Positions 1-14,265 are shown, counted from the first letter of the stretch. The stretch is 64,000 nucleotides of DNA from Paraspadella gotoi (GCA_051294375.1 CM119267.1:10379364-10443363), one strand, 5' to 3'. A program made the numbers and translations. Notes: a model not told the origin generated them from the sequence alone.

Positions 1-550
1 CTGTTTACTATAATGATTAAATGACAATTTTAATCAATCTCATTCATATGCAAATATCAAATGAGAATTAAATTCAGCAAAATTTGATTTCATCAGAAAA
101 AAAATAAGAAGAGCATCTCATTTTATGAGAGAAGAGGGGAAAGTCGAAAGAGCGAGAGGCGATTTAAAGATGATATTTAGATATTTTCTTTTTCTTTAAA
201 AAAAGAAAAAAAAACTTTTCCCGGGAAGAAATATTGAATTTTCCAAAGGCGATGATTTTTTCGCCAAAAGAAATTAAAAAAAAGAAATGAAAAGAATAAA
301 AAAGCATTTTGATCGCGAATGAAAAAAAATCGGGATCTTTGGAAATGAGAAGAAGACGATTTTACAGAAATCCGCGGGTTTTGAATTCGAAAAAGAGAGA
401 GAGAGAAAAAAAAGTTTTAACAAAATAAAATTCGACATAAACGCCGACGACGACGACCTCGACGACGACGACGACGACGACGACGATGACTTTCGCAAAT
501 TATAAGAGGACTTTTAATGATCGAAGTGAAGTTTTAAAGTCGGTGAAGTT

Positions 551-591
<41 letters not shown>

Positions 592-1390
592 ACGCCCGCG
601 CGATGACGTCAACGAATCCGATAACCGCAAGATAACGACGTTGAAGACGACACCGGATCCAGAAAGTTAAGTTAATTCTTTTATTATTTAATATTTTTTT
701 AAATGTGAATTATCATGCCGCGGGGAAGTCTGAAGATCGAGTCCGACTATCGAGGATCTAGAGACGATTCTGGGCTTCGGTGCGCCCCCCCTTTCCCCTC
801 CCGCCCTCTCCCCGTCCTTATTTGTCAAAACCTCCTCTCTTCTGTTTCCCTTTTGTTTTTATCATTCCCCATAGAAATCCGCGGCATTTTCAAATGGAGA
901 ACGCGGGGCCGAGGGAGAGGAAATAAGAATGAGTCGGGTGTTGGGAAAAACAAGGGAAGGACTAATGCGACTCTAAATACATATTGTATTGTATATAATT
1001 CCTAGTAGTTTATTATAATTTAAATACATGACTCACGGTAAACACTATTAGACCAGAATACTAGATTATGATATGATATGGAAACATTTGGCAATATTGG
1101 TATATACTCGCTACCTGAAATAGTTTAAAAATAAAACGTAACGCGGGCATTGCTTAACGAGCATTGGGGCAAAATCTGCAAACTCTTTTTTTTTTTGTAT
1201 GATGGGTGCTCCTTTGCCGCTCAATCCCGCGGGAACCTGTTAGGTCATTGAGGTCGAGGGCTGCGCCGCAAGGGGATCGTTCCCATGAAAAAAAGCGGAA
1301 ATGTCCAGCGGATAGGAAAACTCTTACCAAAAAAATTGTTTCTTCTTTTTCTTCCGCGCGCATTTTTTCCCCTTAAATTTCGTTCTCCAG

Positions 1391-1640
1391 GAAAATGTAT
1401 CGTCAAGACGACTATGAAGTTTTATGGTCAATCGTTCTTTACGTTCCTCTTCTCATTAACGAGTTGACACGAAGAAGACTCTCCCGCCGGCTGCCGTCGA
1501 TGGCTGCCGCCGCTGCCGGCAGCCGGACGTTGCGGTTTTTCCTGCTGCTGCCAAAGGCGACGGCAGAAGCGGGGGCGGAGGCTGGTGGCTGGTCGCCGGC
1601 TGGGGATGGGAAGTCGTTTCGGTAAAAACGAGAGCGTCAA
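1391..1640 (+). CDS. Probable exon of an unidentified protein (DDYEVLWS...INELTRRRL, Pro/Ala-rich); inverted copy at ~3750-4015 on the minus strand
   Basis: Acceptor tttcgttctccAG at 1389-1390. GC-rich segment whose peptide is shared by ORFs 1395..1625(+) and 3605..4009(-). A second acceptor ttttttacAG precedes ~2394. Confidence 0.4.
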
Positions 1641-2772
1641 CTTTTCTCTCTTAGGTCATGGTTTTAGTCTAACTTTGTCATTCTTTCTTTTTCTTTTTTT
1701 CCTTTTTTCTTATTCTTCCCTTTTTTCTTTTTTTTGACAGGCGCGAAAACAGAGTCCCGAGGAGTTTTGTCGTGATTAGTATATTGACAAAGACGACGAC
1801 GACCGACGACGACGAGAAACGATGTTTGAGAAGACACGCGATTTGCCGCTGATACCGAAGCTTGAAGAAGATCGGTTGTCTTCGTCTCTTTTTAACTTTT
1901 AAATACTCAGTTGCGCATTTTAATCTTTTTTTTTATAAATCTCTTTTCAAAATTCTTTTTTAAATTCGCATTTTATTTTCTTTGTTTCTCATGACACGCC
2001 TTTTTTTTTTTTACTTCGATTTTGTCTTTGCAAAGGAATTTCCTTCTTGCCTAAAAAGAGAACAAACAACAACAACAAAAACATTTCTTAGAAAAAACGA
2101 CAAAAGTATGTTTTGTCAAATGCGATATATTTTTAATTTAAATTGTTTACTTAACCATCGATTATTCGTGGATTCATAGTATTTTATTAAGACGATCGGA
2201 CTTTCGACCTGACAAGAAAGAAAAAAGCTAAAACTTATCTTTGTCCTGTGATTGATATTTTTTTCTCACGCTGGAGTTTAAGATCGTTTTCCAGTTCCAT
2301 TCGATCATAAAACCAATTTAAAATGAAATAAATAAAAGATAATTAAAACTGACCTAACCAAAACCTAAATTTTTATTCTCTTTCTTTTTACAGGAATCAC
2401 ATACAAAGCCAAGCCAGGATGTCGTCAAATTGTGGGACTTCAGCCCTCAAAAAAAACACAAACTTCTATCTCCGCTTCAAACTAAACGAGGATAATTTTT
2501 TCGGTTCCCAGAAATTCATTATGCGTACGAAAAATAAAAAAAAATATCTGTGTCAGAATGGAAATGGAGCTTTGGAGTTTTTTGTTTGAACTAACATCGC
2601 GACGCCGTTAAGCAGACTTTACGTCCATTCGTCACGCGGATTCGTCGATCGGAGCGTCCGTCGTCGTGTCGTGCTGTCGTCGTCGTCGTCGTTCGGGTTT
2701 TTTTTAGGGTAAATTCTCGACTGAAGAGGCAAATCTCTGTAAAATGANNNNNNNNNNNNNNNNNNNNNNNNN

Positions 2773-2809
<37 letters not shown>

Positions 2810-4677
2810 TCGACGACGAATCCGCGTGACGAATGACGTAAAGTCTCTTAACGCGCGCCACTTTAGTTCAGAACAAAAACTCCAAAGCTCCATTTCATCT
2901 GACAAATATTTTTTTTTATCGTACGCATAATGAATTCTGGGAACCGAAAAAATTATCCTCGTTTATTGAAGCGGAGATAGAAGTTTGTGTTTTTTTTTGA
3001 GGGTGAAGTCCACAATTTGAGATCCTGGCTTGGCTTTGTAGTGATTCCCTGTAAAAAAGAAAGAGAATAAAATTTAGGTTTTGGTAGGTCAGTTTTAATT
3101 ATCTTTATTTTTCATTTTAAAATTGTTTTATGATCGAATTAACTGGAAAACGACTCTTTAGACTCCGCGGGAGAAAAAATATCAATCACGGACAAAGATA
3201 AGTTTTAGCTTTTTTCTTTCTTGTCAGGTCGAAAGTCGAATCGTCTTAATAAAATACTATGAATTCCACGAATATCGATGGTTAAGTAAACAATCAAATT
3301 TTAAAAAAATATCGCATTTACAAAACAATGACTTTTTCGTTTTCTTCTACAGACGAAACAAAATGTTTTTGTTGTTGTTGTTGTTCTCTTTTTAGGCAAG
3401 AAGGAAATTCCTTTGCAAAGACAATCGAAGTAAAAAAAAAAAGGTTGAGTCATGAAGAAACAAAAGAAATAAAATGCGAATTAAAAAAGAATTGAAAAAG
3501 ATTAAAAAAAAAGAAGATTAAAATGGAACTGAAGATTTAAAAGTAAAAAGAGAGAAGACAACGATCTTCTTCAAGCTTCGGATCAGCGCAAATCGCGTGT
3601 CTTCTCAACCATCGTTTTCGTCGTCGTCGTCGTCGTCGTCGTCTTTGTCAATATACTCATCACGCAAACTTTCGGACTCTGTTTCGGCCTTCAAAAAAAA
3701 AGAAAAAAGAAAAAAGAAAAAAGAAAAAAGAAAAAGAAAGAAATAAGGATCTAAACCATGACCAAGAGAGAAAAGTTGACGCTCTCGGTTTTTACGACGA
3801 CGTTCCACCCCAGCGGCGACCGCCACCGCCGCCGCCCCCGCTTCTGCCGTCGCCTTTGGAGCAGCAGCAGGGGAAAACCGCAACGTCGGCTGCGGCAGCG
3901 GCGGCGGCATCGACGGCAGCGGCGGGAGTCTTCTTCGTGTCAACTCGTTAATGAAAAGACGGAACGAAAACGATGACCATAAAACTTCATAGTCGTCTTT
4001 GACGAACATTTTCCTGGAGACGAAATTTAAGGGGAAAAAATGCGCGGGAAAAAAGAAAGGACAATTTTTTTTGGAAGGTTTCTATCCGCGGACATTTCCG
4101 GTTTTTCATGGAACGATCCCCGCGCAGCCTCGACCTCATGACCTACAGGTTCCCGCGGGATTTGAGCGGGAAAGGAGCACCCACCAAAAAAAAAAAAAAA
4201 GAGTTTGCAGATTTTGCCAATGCTCGTTAGGCAATGCCCGCGTTACGTTTTATTTTTAACTATTAGGTAGCGAGTAATACCAATATTGCCATGTTTCCAT
4301 ATCATATCATAATCTAGTATTCTGTCTAATAGTGTTTACCGTGAGTCATGTATTTAAATATATAACTATGAATTATATACAATACAATATGTATTTAGAG
4401 TTCCATAGTCCTTCCCTTGTTTTCCCAACACCCCGACTCATTTTATCCCTTCCTCTCCCCCTCGCCCCGTCTCCATTGAAAATGCCGCGGTTTCTATGGG
4501 GAATTGATAAAAACAAAAGGGAAAGAGGAGAGGAGGTTTTGACAATAAGGAGGGGAGGAGGCGAGGAGGGGAAAGGGGGGGGCGCATTTTGGAATTTGAC
4601 TTTCCAACGAAATTTAAAACCCCGAGGACGCACATTCCGTGGCACACGAACCCGGAGAATTTTCTCTATTCCCTTTA

Positions 4678-4744
<67 letters not shown>

Positions 4745-4789
4745 GGGATGGACGCAGCTGCATGGAATACGATTGGCGTCACGGGAGAT

Positions 4790-5677
4790 GACTCCAGAAT
4801 TGGGATTCTCGCGGCGTCGAGCGAAATGCGAATCGATCGATCGGACGGTTCGTGGATAAATCAATCAATCAATCAGATGACGTGGACTGTGAATCAATCA
4901 ATCGATCAATCAATAAAATGGTAGAATGGTCAGAAAATCAATTGCACCTACCTCATAAACTTGCTTAGCTCGTCATTCAGTTTATATTAAAAAATTAATT
5001 TAAGAAAGAAAGAAAGAAAGACAGACAGACAGAAAGAATGTATCCATAAACCAATGGCATGAACGAACGATTATTGAATAATGGATATATTTNNNNNNNN
5101 NNNNNNNNNNNNNNNNNCAAGGGATATGATATTGTGAAACTGAAATCGATGGACGCAGAACACTACGAACGACGGACGACTAAGTACGGACGCTAAGACG
5201 ACGAGCGGACAAATCTATTTTGCTTTTTTCATCCCTGGGGGTTGCTTTTGTTTTGTTGAGCGGCTAAGAAAAAAGTAGAGAAGATCCCGGCGGGAGGAGA
5301 GCGAATGAGAGAGAGAGAGAAGAGGAGAGAGGAACAGAGAGAGAGAGAGAGAGAGATCTGCACGACGCGCAGAGAAGCACGAGAGAGAGCACGACGCACG
5401 ACAGAGCTTTCCCTCCTCGAGACGGAGACAGAGAACCCGGAATCCTATTTGCGATTGAAAAGAAGCAAATAGGGCAAAAGAAAAGAGAAAAGGGAAAATG
5501 AGATCAGGGTGAATTTTTCATTCTATTCTTTTTTTTTTCAAGGGAGCGGTGAGTGGGTTGGGGGGTAAATACAGGGGTGAGATGGGGTACTTTTTTTTTT
5601 ATTCACGTTAACGAAGTCGATTATATCCAGTCGGTCGAACGTTATTCGGTTAATTGCCACCGAGAAATTATTAAAAA
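4790..5677 (+). repeat. Degraded direct copy of ~12455-13750
   Basis: Shared strings such as gcgaaatgcga..tcggacggtt, cctacctcataaact..gcttagctcgtcattca, ggaatcctatttgcgatt and ccagtcggtcgaacgtta. Contains one 25-N gap (5093-5117) and ends at another (5678-5702). Confidence 0.85.
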
Positions 5678-6824
5678 NNNNNNNNNNNNNNNNNNNNNNN
5701 NNGGTGGCGTCTTCAACGTCGTAATCTTGCGTATCGATTTCGTTGACGTCATCGCGCGGGGCGTCGCGTCTCGTCGTCGTTCTCGTCGTCGTCGTCGTCG
5801 TCTCGTCGTCGCTCGTCGTCGTCTCGTCGTCTCGTCGTCGTCGCAACTGTCACCGACTTAAAACTTCACTTCGATCATAAAGTCCTCTATAATTTGCGAA
5901 AGTCATCGTTCTCGTTCGTCGGCGTCATCTCTCGTCGTTCGTCGTCTCGTCGTCGTTCGATCTTCATCGTCTCGTCGTCGTCGTCGATCGGCGTTTTATG
6001 TCGAATTTTATTTGTTAAAACTTTCTTTTGGTCTCTCTCTCTCTCTTTCGAATTTCACACCGCGGATTTCTGTAAAATCGTCTTCTTCTCATTTCCAAAG
6101 ATCCGATTTTTTTTCATTCGCGATCAAAATGCTTTTTTATTCTTTTTCATTTTTTTCTCTTTTTTTTATTTCTTTTGCGAAAATATCTCGCCTTTGAAAA
6201 TTCAATATTTCATTCCCGCGAAAAGGTTTTTTTTTTCTCTTTTTTTAAAGAAAAAAAAAAAATTCTAAATATTATCTTTTAAATCGTCTTCTCGCTCTCT
6301 TCGACTTTGTCCCCTCTTCTCTCATTAAAAGGAGCTCTTCGTTTTTTATTTTTCCGATGAAACAATTTTTGCTGAATTTAATTCTCATTTGAATTTGCAT
6401 ATGAATCAGATTGAATTAAAATTGTATTATCATACAGGTCAGTAACAGTATTGAGAGTATAACTTTAACGTTATAACCGTCACGTATAACTCATTGATTT
6501 CACTCTTTTTTTAAGTATGATTTCCACATTCTTGAATGAAATTATTTAATGTAACGTTTAAAACTTAGGGTTCAAAATCTTTAAATCACCTTGAAATCAC
6601 TCAGAGTTTCTGCGTTCTCGTCGCCATTCGTCCAAATTAATGAATTCGTATTCCGATTATTTCTTATCTTTTCTCCCGTCTTCATTTCATTTTCTTTCTT
6701 CTTATCTTTTCCTTTTTTTTTCCTTTTTTTTTAATATTCTCCTTTTCTTTTCTCTTCGCTGTCGCGAGCGCGGCGCGTTTTCCCTCGCGCTATTACTGTT
6801 CCACGAATTTTCTTTCTTCGCTCC

Positions 6825-6863
<39 letters not shown>

Positions 6864-7057
6864 TTTCTCGCCCGTCAACTCCCTTTGAATACAAATGATT
6901 TCTGCTCCGGGAATAGGAGATATTATTCTTTTTTTTCTTTTCCGCTTTTGACTCATGATAAAATCGAAACGGGACATTCTCTCCCAGCGTAATAAATGCT
7001 GCCGATCGCATAGATTAGCAATTTTTTCGCCTTTTTTTCTGTGGCTCTCTCTCTCTT

Positions 7058-7112
<55 letters not shown>

Positions 7113-7123
7113 CTCTTTTCTCT

Positions 7124-7165
<42 letters not shown>

Positions 7166-8428
7166 TCTCTCTCTTTTGAAATTAGTTTCAGGCGTGGAAA
7201 AAAACAAATTTTCGCGCGAAACGAAAAACTGAAAATTTGTTTCCCCCTTTTTTTAAATTTTTTTTTCTGTTTATTAACTTCGTTCTTTTCAATTTTTTTT
7301 TGCTCTTCCACTCCCTTGCCATCGTACATTCTTTGCAAACTTTCCGGATGAAATCGAAAACAAAAAACACATGAGACAGAGCCCAACATCCCAGTTCATT
7401 TCACTTTATCACCCACCCACTCACCAACCCCCTTCCGCTTCCCCCGAACGCCTCGACACCCCTAATCCCTGCCTCGATTCATCACGAAACTCTCAAAAAT
7501 CCTTCAAAATGAGCCAGAACCCTCCCCCCCGCCTCCCCCCGCCTCCCCCCGCCTCCCCCGCCTCCACCCGCTCCCCCCCGCGCCCTTTCCTCATATCTCT
7601 CCCCACATTCCTTTCCAACGCGCCGCCTCAACCGACAGCGACGGTATTCTTCTTCTTCGTCGTCGTCGTCGCTTAATCGTCGTCGTCTTCGTTCGTCACC
7701 GCATAAATCGAGTTTTTATCGATTCTCACTGATTTGGCAAAACTTCTTCCCGACTTCTCTTATAGTTTCGCCCTTCGCCCTTCCTCTTCGCCCTTCCATG
7801 CCTTTCGCCTTCCGCTTTGCCCTTTTTCTTTGCCTTTCGGCATTTATCATTGTCCTTTGCCTTTTTCTTTGACTTTAACCTTATTCTTTCCTTAGCTTTT
7901 ATCTGTGCCCTTTCGCCTTTTACAATTTCCCTCCCCTTTTCTTTGCTTCTTCTTTTTTGTTCATTGACCTTTGCCATTATCTTGTCCTTTCGGCCTTTAT
8001 CTTTGCCCTCTTCGACCATAAACTTTTCCCTTTGCATCCGTTTTTTGCTCTTTGCCTTCATCGCCCTTCTCTTTGCCCTTTCCCAATTTACTTTGCTCTC
8101 GCCGTTCGCCGTCGCCGTCGCCGTCGCCGCCTTCCGCCTCAAAGTTCGTCGTTGCCGACGCGAGATTCCAGCGGCGATTTCGACTGGACCTCACCCTCTA
8201 GTCGCCTCGCAAGCCTCACCCCCCCAGGGAGTCGCGGCCTTGACCCTCACTTACCCGAGGGAGTTTTCCTGACCTCACTTGATACTTCTGATTGTTCTCC
8301 ATTTCGCACCTCCGACGACGACGACGACGACGACGGACGACGACGACGACGATTATGCGATAAAGGTCCGAAAAGAAAATTATCAGTTTTATCTTCTTTT
8401 TTAACTCTCTCTCTCTCTCTCATCTCTC

Positions 8429-8461
<33 letters not shown>

Positions 8462-9268
8462 CTCTCATCTCTCTTCTCTCTCTCTCTGCTCTCTCTCTCT
8501 CAAAACACACACTCACGCAACAACATTGTAAACTCTCCATTTAAATCCTCCTTTTGTTTGACGACGATCGAATAACACGAAAACGATTCGTCTTTTTTTT
8601 TCTTTCCGAAGATTCACAAATATTAACCAGTCGACCCAACGGCCCCAACGCCCCTGCATGCCCTCGGCTTCGAACTCTTTTCTTTTAAAACGTTAAACCA
8701 CTTTTCTATCATCACTAAATACTTAAATATTATAAAAATCCTTTAAATACTTTAAATTTTAATCCTTCAATAAATGAATTTTCTTCTTCTTTTTTTTTTT
8801 TAACTTCTCACGGATTTCGAGTGTCACAATCGCTTTAAAACTCTTTTGACTTGAGTCCTGTACCCTTTCCTCTGCCCCCTCCAACCCCCTTTCCCCTAAC
8901 CCCCTCTCGACTCACCCCTTCCTCTCTGCAATCTTCTTCGCCCAGAGACAGCGATGGCAATTTCGCGGGATCGATCCGGGGTCAATCGGTCCGCAGGTTG
9001 TCGGCTCCCTTTCCCCTCCCCTCTCCTCTCATTACTCCTCTCAGCCCATTTCTCTCCTATCATTACCCCCATCGGCTTCGACTGTCCAACGACTCTGATC
9101 TAGAAAAACCCTCAATGCTGAACCCTTCGCCAATTGACCAATCGGGGATCGGAAATCGACCAATGAGAAGCTAGTGGGACTGTCCAATCGCAGAGAAGAC
9201 AAGTCATGATTTGACCCAATGTATAGACGCGCGGGACGGTCTCTCTCTTTCTCTCTCTCTATCTCTCT

Positions 9269-9310
<42 letters not shown>

Positions 9311-9311
9311 T

Positions 9312-9355
<44 letters not shown>

Positions 9356-10106
9356 ATCCCGCGAGAGATTTCGATCAGTTTTTCTCCTCGTCATTTTTCT
9401 CGTTTTCTCTTCGCCGACGAAATTATGATAAATTAGCGAAAAAAAAAAAACAATAACAAAAAAAAAAAAAAGAGAAAATCTCACAAAAACATTTTTATTT
9501 TTTTAAAAATGGGCCGAAAGCGATTTGCCCCGACCGCGATTTTTTCGAACCTGGCCCGTCGTTTTGAAAAACTTTTCGCAACCGAAATAATAAACAAAAT
9601 ACATCTTTTCACCTGTCAGAAGTTAATATCGTTTCTTTCCCTTTCTTCTTTTTCTTTTCCCGCTCAATTTTTTTTTCCTCTCCACATCCCTTCTTTCCCT
9701 CTCTCACGATGAGCGCTTTAAATTATCCCACGTTAAAGTTTCTCTACCTTTACGTTCGATAATCTGATATCGTCGTCGTTCGTCGTCGTCGTCGTTCGGA
9801 GACCTCAATTTAGCCGAGGTCGAGAAGCGTTGAGTCGTTTGGAAAAAAAAAGTAAAAACAAAAAAATTGAAAAAACAAAAAAAAATTGTGCAATTTTTTG
9901 CTCTCAGAGAGAAAAATTTGCTTTTCTCTTTTTAGCTCTCTTTTTTCTTTCTTTTTTACTCTCTTTTCTCTCCCTTTCTTTCCTTTTCTCTCACTTCTCA
10001 TACTCTCTCCTCTTTCTTTCTCTCTCTTTCTCTCTCTTTATCTTTCTTTCTCTCTCTTTCTCTCTCTTCTATTTTTTCTTCGCTCTCTATATCTCTTTAT
10101 CTCGTT

Positions 10107-10151
<45 letters not shown>

Positions 10152-10886
10152 ATTTCCCAGTTGTCGTGGCGATGCAGTTTTAGGACAAGTCACAAAACCA
10201 TTCATCCATTTCTCTCCTTCTCTCTCTTGACCTCAAAAAAATGAATTCTTTTCCTTCCGCTGTATCTCCCCACGCGGTCTTATGGGTCCGTCGGACCGAA
10301 TCCGTATATTCCTGTCGTCTAATAGAAAAGAAAAAAGAAATCACCCAGTTAAAAAAAAAAGAAAGAATCAATAAAAAAGGAGGATGCTAGTCCGTGTTTA
10401 TGAGAGGAATCGATTCTCATCGTCCGACGAAACTGTAAGACAAATATTTTTTTAAAATTCGAAAAAAATATTATACCAATTAAAGGACTAAGGCATTAAA
10501 AAAAACATTTAAAAAAATATACTATAATTAAAAGACCAGCGTGAAACTTGAGATTCGTTTCGAAATCGAGGGGGAATAAAATCTTCTTCCCGCTTTTTTT
10601 TAAATTTTTTAAAAATAATTTTCACTCAGTTCGCCTCGACCCTGCTGAAACGCCCCCCCCTGACCGTCGCTAAAACATCTCCTTCCACCAAACCCTAATC
10701 TTCCGCCCCCCCTCCCCCCCAATTTGGGGCTTAACATTGTGAAACGCTGGATCCTTTTTTCTCTCGATCAGCCAAAATCCTTCGATCACGAAACAACAAA
10801 AAAAAATCCTTTTACTCGTTCTCTTGTGTATCCCAGTGTGTTTCGGTCCACAGCTGCACTCTCTCTCTCTCTCTTCTCCTCTCTCT

Positions 10887-10947
<61 letters not shown>

Positions 10948-11041
10948 GTTTTTTTATATGTGTTTCAGCCAAAAACTTCTTCCGTTCTAAGACAATGAAA
11001 CATCGCTATTTCTCTATCTCTCTTCCCCTTATTTCTAAAAA

Positions 11042-11088
<47 letters not shown>

Positions 11089-11246
11089 TTTCTCTCTCTC
11101 TCTTCTTTTTCTTACCTTCAGGCGTGGAATCGAATCTTGCTTAAAAAACCTTTCTCTCTCTCTCTCTTCAACAGCAAAAGAAATTTTTTTTCGTGTGTCG
11201 AAACGAGCAAAGATCTTCTCACTCTCTCTCTCTCTCGACGAAACAG

Positions 11247-12551
11247 TCCGCGGCTTCTCGGATTAGCGAAGGATTATTAACTAATCAGCGGACGATTCCT
11301 ATTCAAAGCCTGAGGGCGATCACGAACGAGTCCCGAGGGGGAAGACTCTGCGAAGGAAACGAAAATACGGGAAAATTGAATAATGTAAGTGACGGGTCCA
11401 TATTTTTGTCTTCTTCACTTGTGATCTATTAAATGATTCCTTTTTTTTTATGTTTGACTGCGGATAGGAACATTACATATGTATTATTCACAATTTCTTA
11501 CGTATTTTCTTTTCATTTTTAAATTCTTTAAAGAGGGAATAAAATTATTAAAAACAATTAAAAATAATGTATTTACTCTTTTTCTTCAGGTCGCCCGCGA
11601 CATCAACCCCCTGACAACGTCGCCTCCATGACATTTGACTCTTCGCCCATCCACTTCCTGCCTTCCGTTCGCTCGCGCCGCGGTCCCGCCCCCTTTCCAC
11701 CCCTCCGTCGCGCCGCCCCGCCCCGCGTCACCATGCGGCGAGGGTGGCTGGACCCGATCTTTCGAGCCGCGGCCGTCAAGACTCCCTCTCCCGCGACGAG
11801 GGACGACGTCACCATCTTCTCCTACCTGGTGGGCGTGGAAGGCGTTGACGTCGGCTGAGGGAATCGACCGCTGCGGTCTTCTACGACGAAGGTGCGCTAC
11901 AAGCTGCACGAGGCCAAGCGACTCCTTACTGTCGAGGAGAGTTGATCCACTTTGTTTCGCCTCTCTCCGGCTCCGTCTTCATCGACGGCTCCATGCTTTC
12001 TCCCTCGATCGGAGTTATCCGGAACGGCGGACGAGCCCGGCTGCGGCCGACGGCAGACGAGTGGCTCATCCTCGAAGCGTCCGAACTATTGTTACGTAGA
12101 CTATCGGACGCCGCCGGCGCCGGGAACGCACGCGCGTTGCGACGACCGACGCCCTGAAGGAGCCGCAGCCGGACGACGCCGCCCGCCGTCGAAGTCCATC
12201 GACGTGTCCGTCTTCCGATCAATCAACTCCCTCGCCTCAGCTTCCCCGCCGAGTTTCCGCCGGCGCCGCCGTCACACGGCCTCGCCGAACCCGATCTTCC
12301 TCAAACGCACCTCCACGCCTCGTACACAGTCCTCGGCCTACTCGGGCAGCGACATGATGCAGTCTTCGTTGGAGATCCGTGGATCCGCCGACGTCGACCT
12401 CAATGCACTTGTCGAGAGCTTCGTGGATTCGGACGAGCGAAGACTCGAATCGGGAAGGGCGGATAGGTGTTACAAGACCAGGCGAAATGCGATCGTCGAA
12501 TCGGACGGTTCTGTGGAAAATCAATCACATCTAATATGGGACGCGACTTGA
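11247..12551 (+). CDS. Last two exons (11247-11384, 11590-12551) of an unidentified Ser/Pro/Arg-rich protein gene, frameshifted in this assembly
   Basis: Canonical intron GTAAGT(11385)...tttcttcAG(11589). The ~960 nt GC-rich, microsatellite-free block carries overlapping ORFs 11628..11858, 11942..12157 and 11952..12551 that chain by frameshift to TGA at 12549-12551, followed by AT-rich sequence. No family recognised. Confidence 0.55.
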
Positions 12552-14069
12552 ATTTTCAAAATCGATCGATCGATATCAATATAAAATAATGTGGTAGAAA
12601 TATGGTCAGGAAAGGAAAGAAAAATTTAATGCAACCTACCTCATAAACTGTGGCTTAGCTCGTCATTCATGCTGTTTATATTAATAAAGAAAGAAAGAAA
12701 AGAAAGAAAGAAAGAAAGAAAGAAAAGAAAAGAAACTTTAAGAAAGAAGCAAGCAATAAAGATAAAAAGAATTAAGAAAGATAGGAAAGCATAAGAAAGA
12801 TAACAGATAGAGAAGAGAAGAACAAAGACAAAGAATTTAAGAAAAAAAAAAGGAAAGAAAAAAAGAAGAAGAAAAGAAAGAAAAGAAGAAGATAATAAGA
12901 TTAAGAAACCAAGAAAAGAAGAAACAAGAAAGAGAAAGAAAGGAAGAAAGAAAGACAGGAACAGGAACAGACAGAAAGAATGTTTATTTTCATGAAAGCA
13001 AAATGGCAATTTTGTGAACGAAACGATTATGATAATAATGGGAAATTGAAAAAAAAAAATTTGATGAAATCTGAGGAACACGACGCACGACGCAAAACCA
13101 ACGACAACGACCAACGACAACGAACCAACGACAACGACAACGACACCCCTCTAAGCGTCGAACCAACGAAATAAATTATTTGCTTTTTTCATCCCTGGGT
13201 TTTTGTGTTGTTTTTGTTGATGCGGCTAAAGGAAAAAGTTTAGGAAAGAAGATCCCGGCGGTGAGGTAAGGAGCGAGAGAGAGAGGAGAGAGAAGAGGAG
13301 GAGAGAGAGGAGAGAGGACGGGAGAGCCGGAGGTGAGAAGAGTGAGGGGCGGGAGAGATGATGAGTGGGAGAGGGGGGGAGAGAGAGAGGAAGAGTTGAG
13401 AGAGAGAGAGGAGGGAGGACGGAGAAGGAGAAACCGGAAAGAGACAGGAAGGGAAACCCGGAATCCTATTTGCGATTGTTTGAAAAGAAAGCAAATAGGC
13501 AAAACAAGAAAAGAGGAGGGAAAGGGGGAAAATTTGGGACCAGGGTGGAAATTTTTATTTATTCTATTCCTTTTTTCAAGGGAGCGGGTGGAGAGGGTTT
13601 GGGGGGTAGGCTAAATACCAGGGGTGAGATTGGGGGAGAACGGTAGAAGCCGGGTTACATGTTGTTTTTTTTTACTACGTTTACGAAGATCGATTATTAT
13701 CCAGTCGGTCGAACGTTAATCGGTTAATTGCCACGAGAAATTATTTAAAAAAAAAACATTAAAAAACAAAAAAACAGACCGGTTGTAAATGAAGAAGAAA
13801 AAAAAGGAGATTACGCCTGGCTTGCTGCAGATTTATTTTTCCCGACATTCAATCAGCGGAGATTATTTGGTGTTCACGTGTTTATTTTTTTTATTTTTCG
13901 CGTCGTGATTTGTATTCTAACGGAGATCGGAACTTTGGCGCACACAAGAGAGAGAGAGTGAGAGAGAGGGGAAGAGAGAGAGAGAGGAGATGGAGAGAGG
14001 AAGGAGTAATTATGAGAAAATTAGAAGGAACAAAATTAACGAATGACGAATAGAGAGCAGAGAGATGAG

Positions 14070-14116
<47 letters not shown>

Positions 14117-14265
14117 CGAGAGAGAGAGAGAGACTAAAGCCAATGTTTTCGTCGTACTACTTCCGTACTACTTCCTTACGACCTAAGAAAAATAAATAAA
14201 TAACTTAACCGAGCGCTGCTGAGGAATTTGACACATTCGTTTTTCTCTCGTTTTTTTTTGTTTAG

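Larger units (their letters stand above)
1..6450. repeat. Large inverted (fold-back) duplication: ~780-2690 vs 2773-4587, and 1-655 vs 5703-6450
   Basis: Read directly: e.g. 2500-2690 is the reverse complement of 2773-2960, and 783-840 matches 4530-4586. The centre of symmetry is the 25-N gap at 2748-2772. The arms differ mainly by 1-2 nt indels. Confidence 0.93.
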
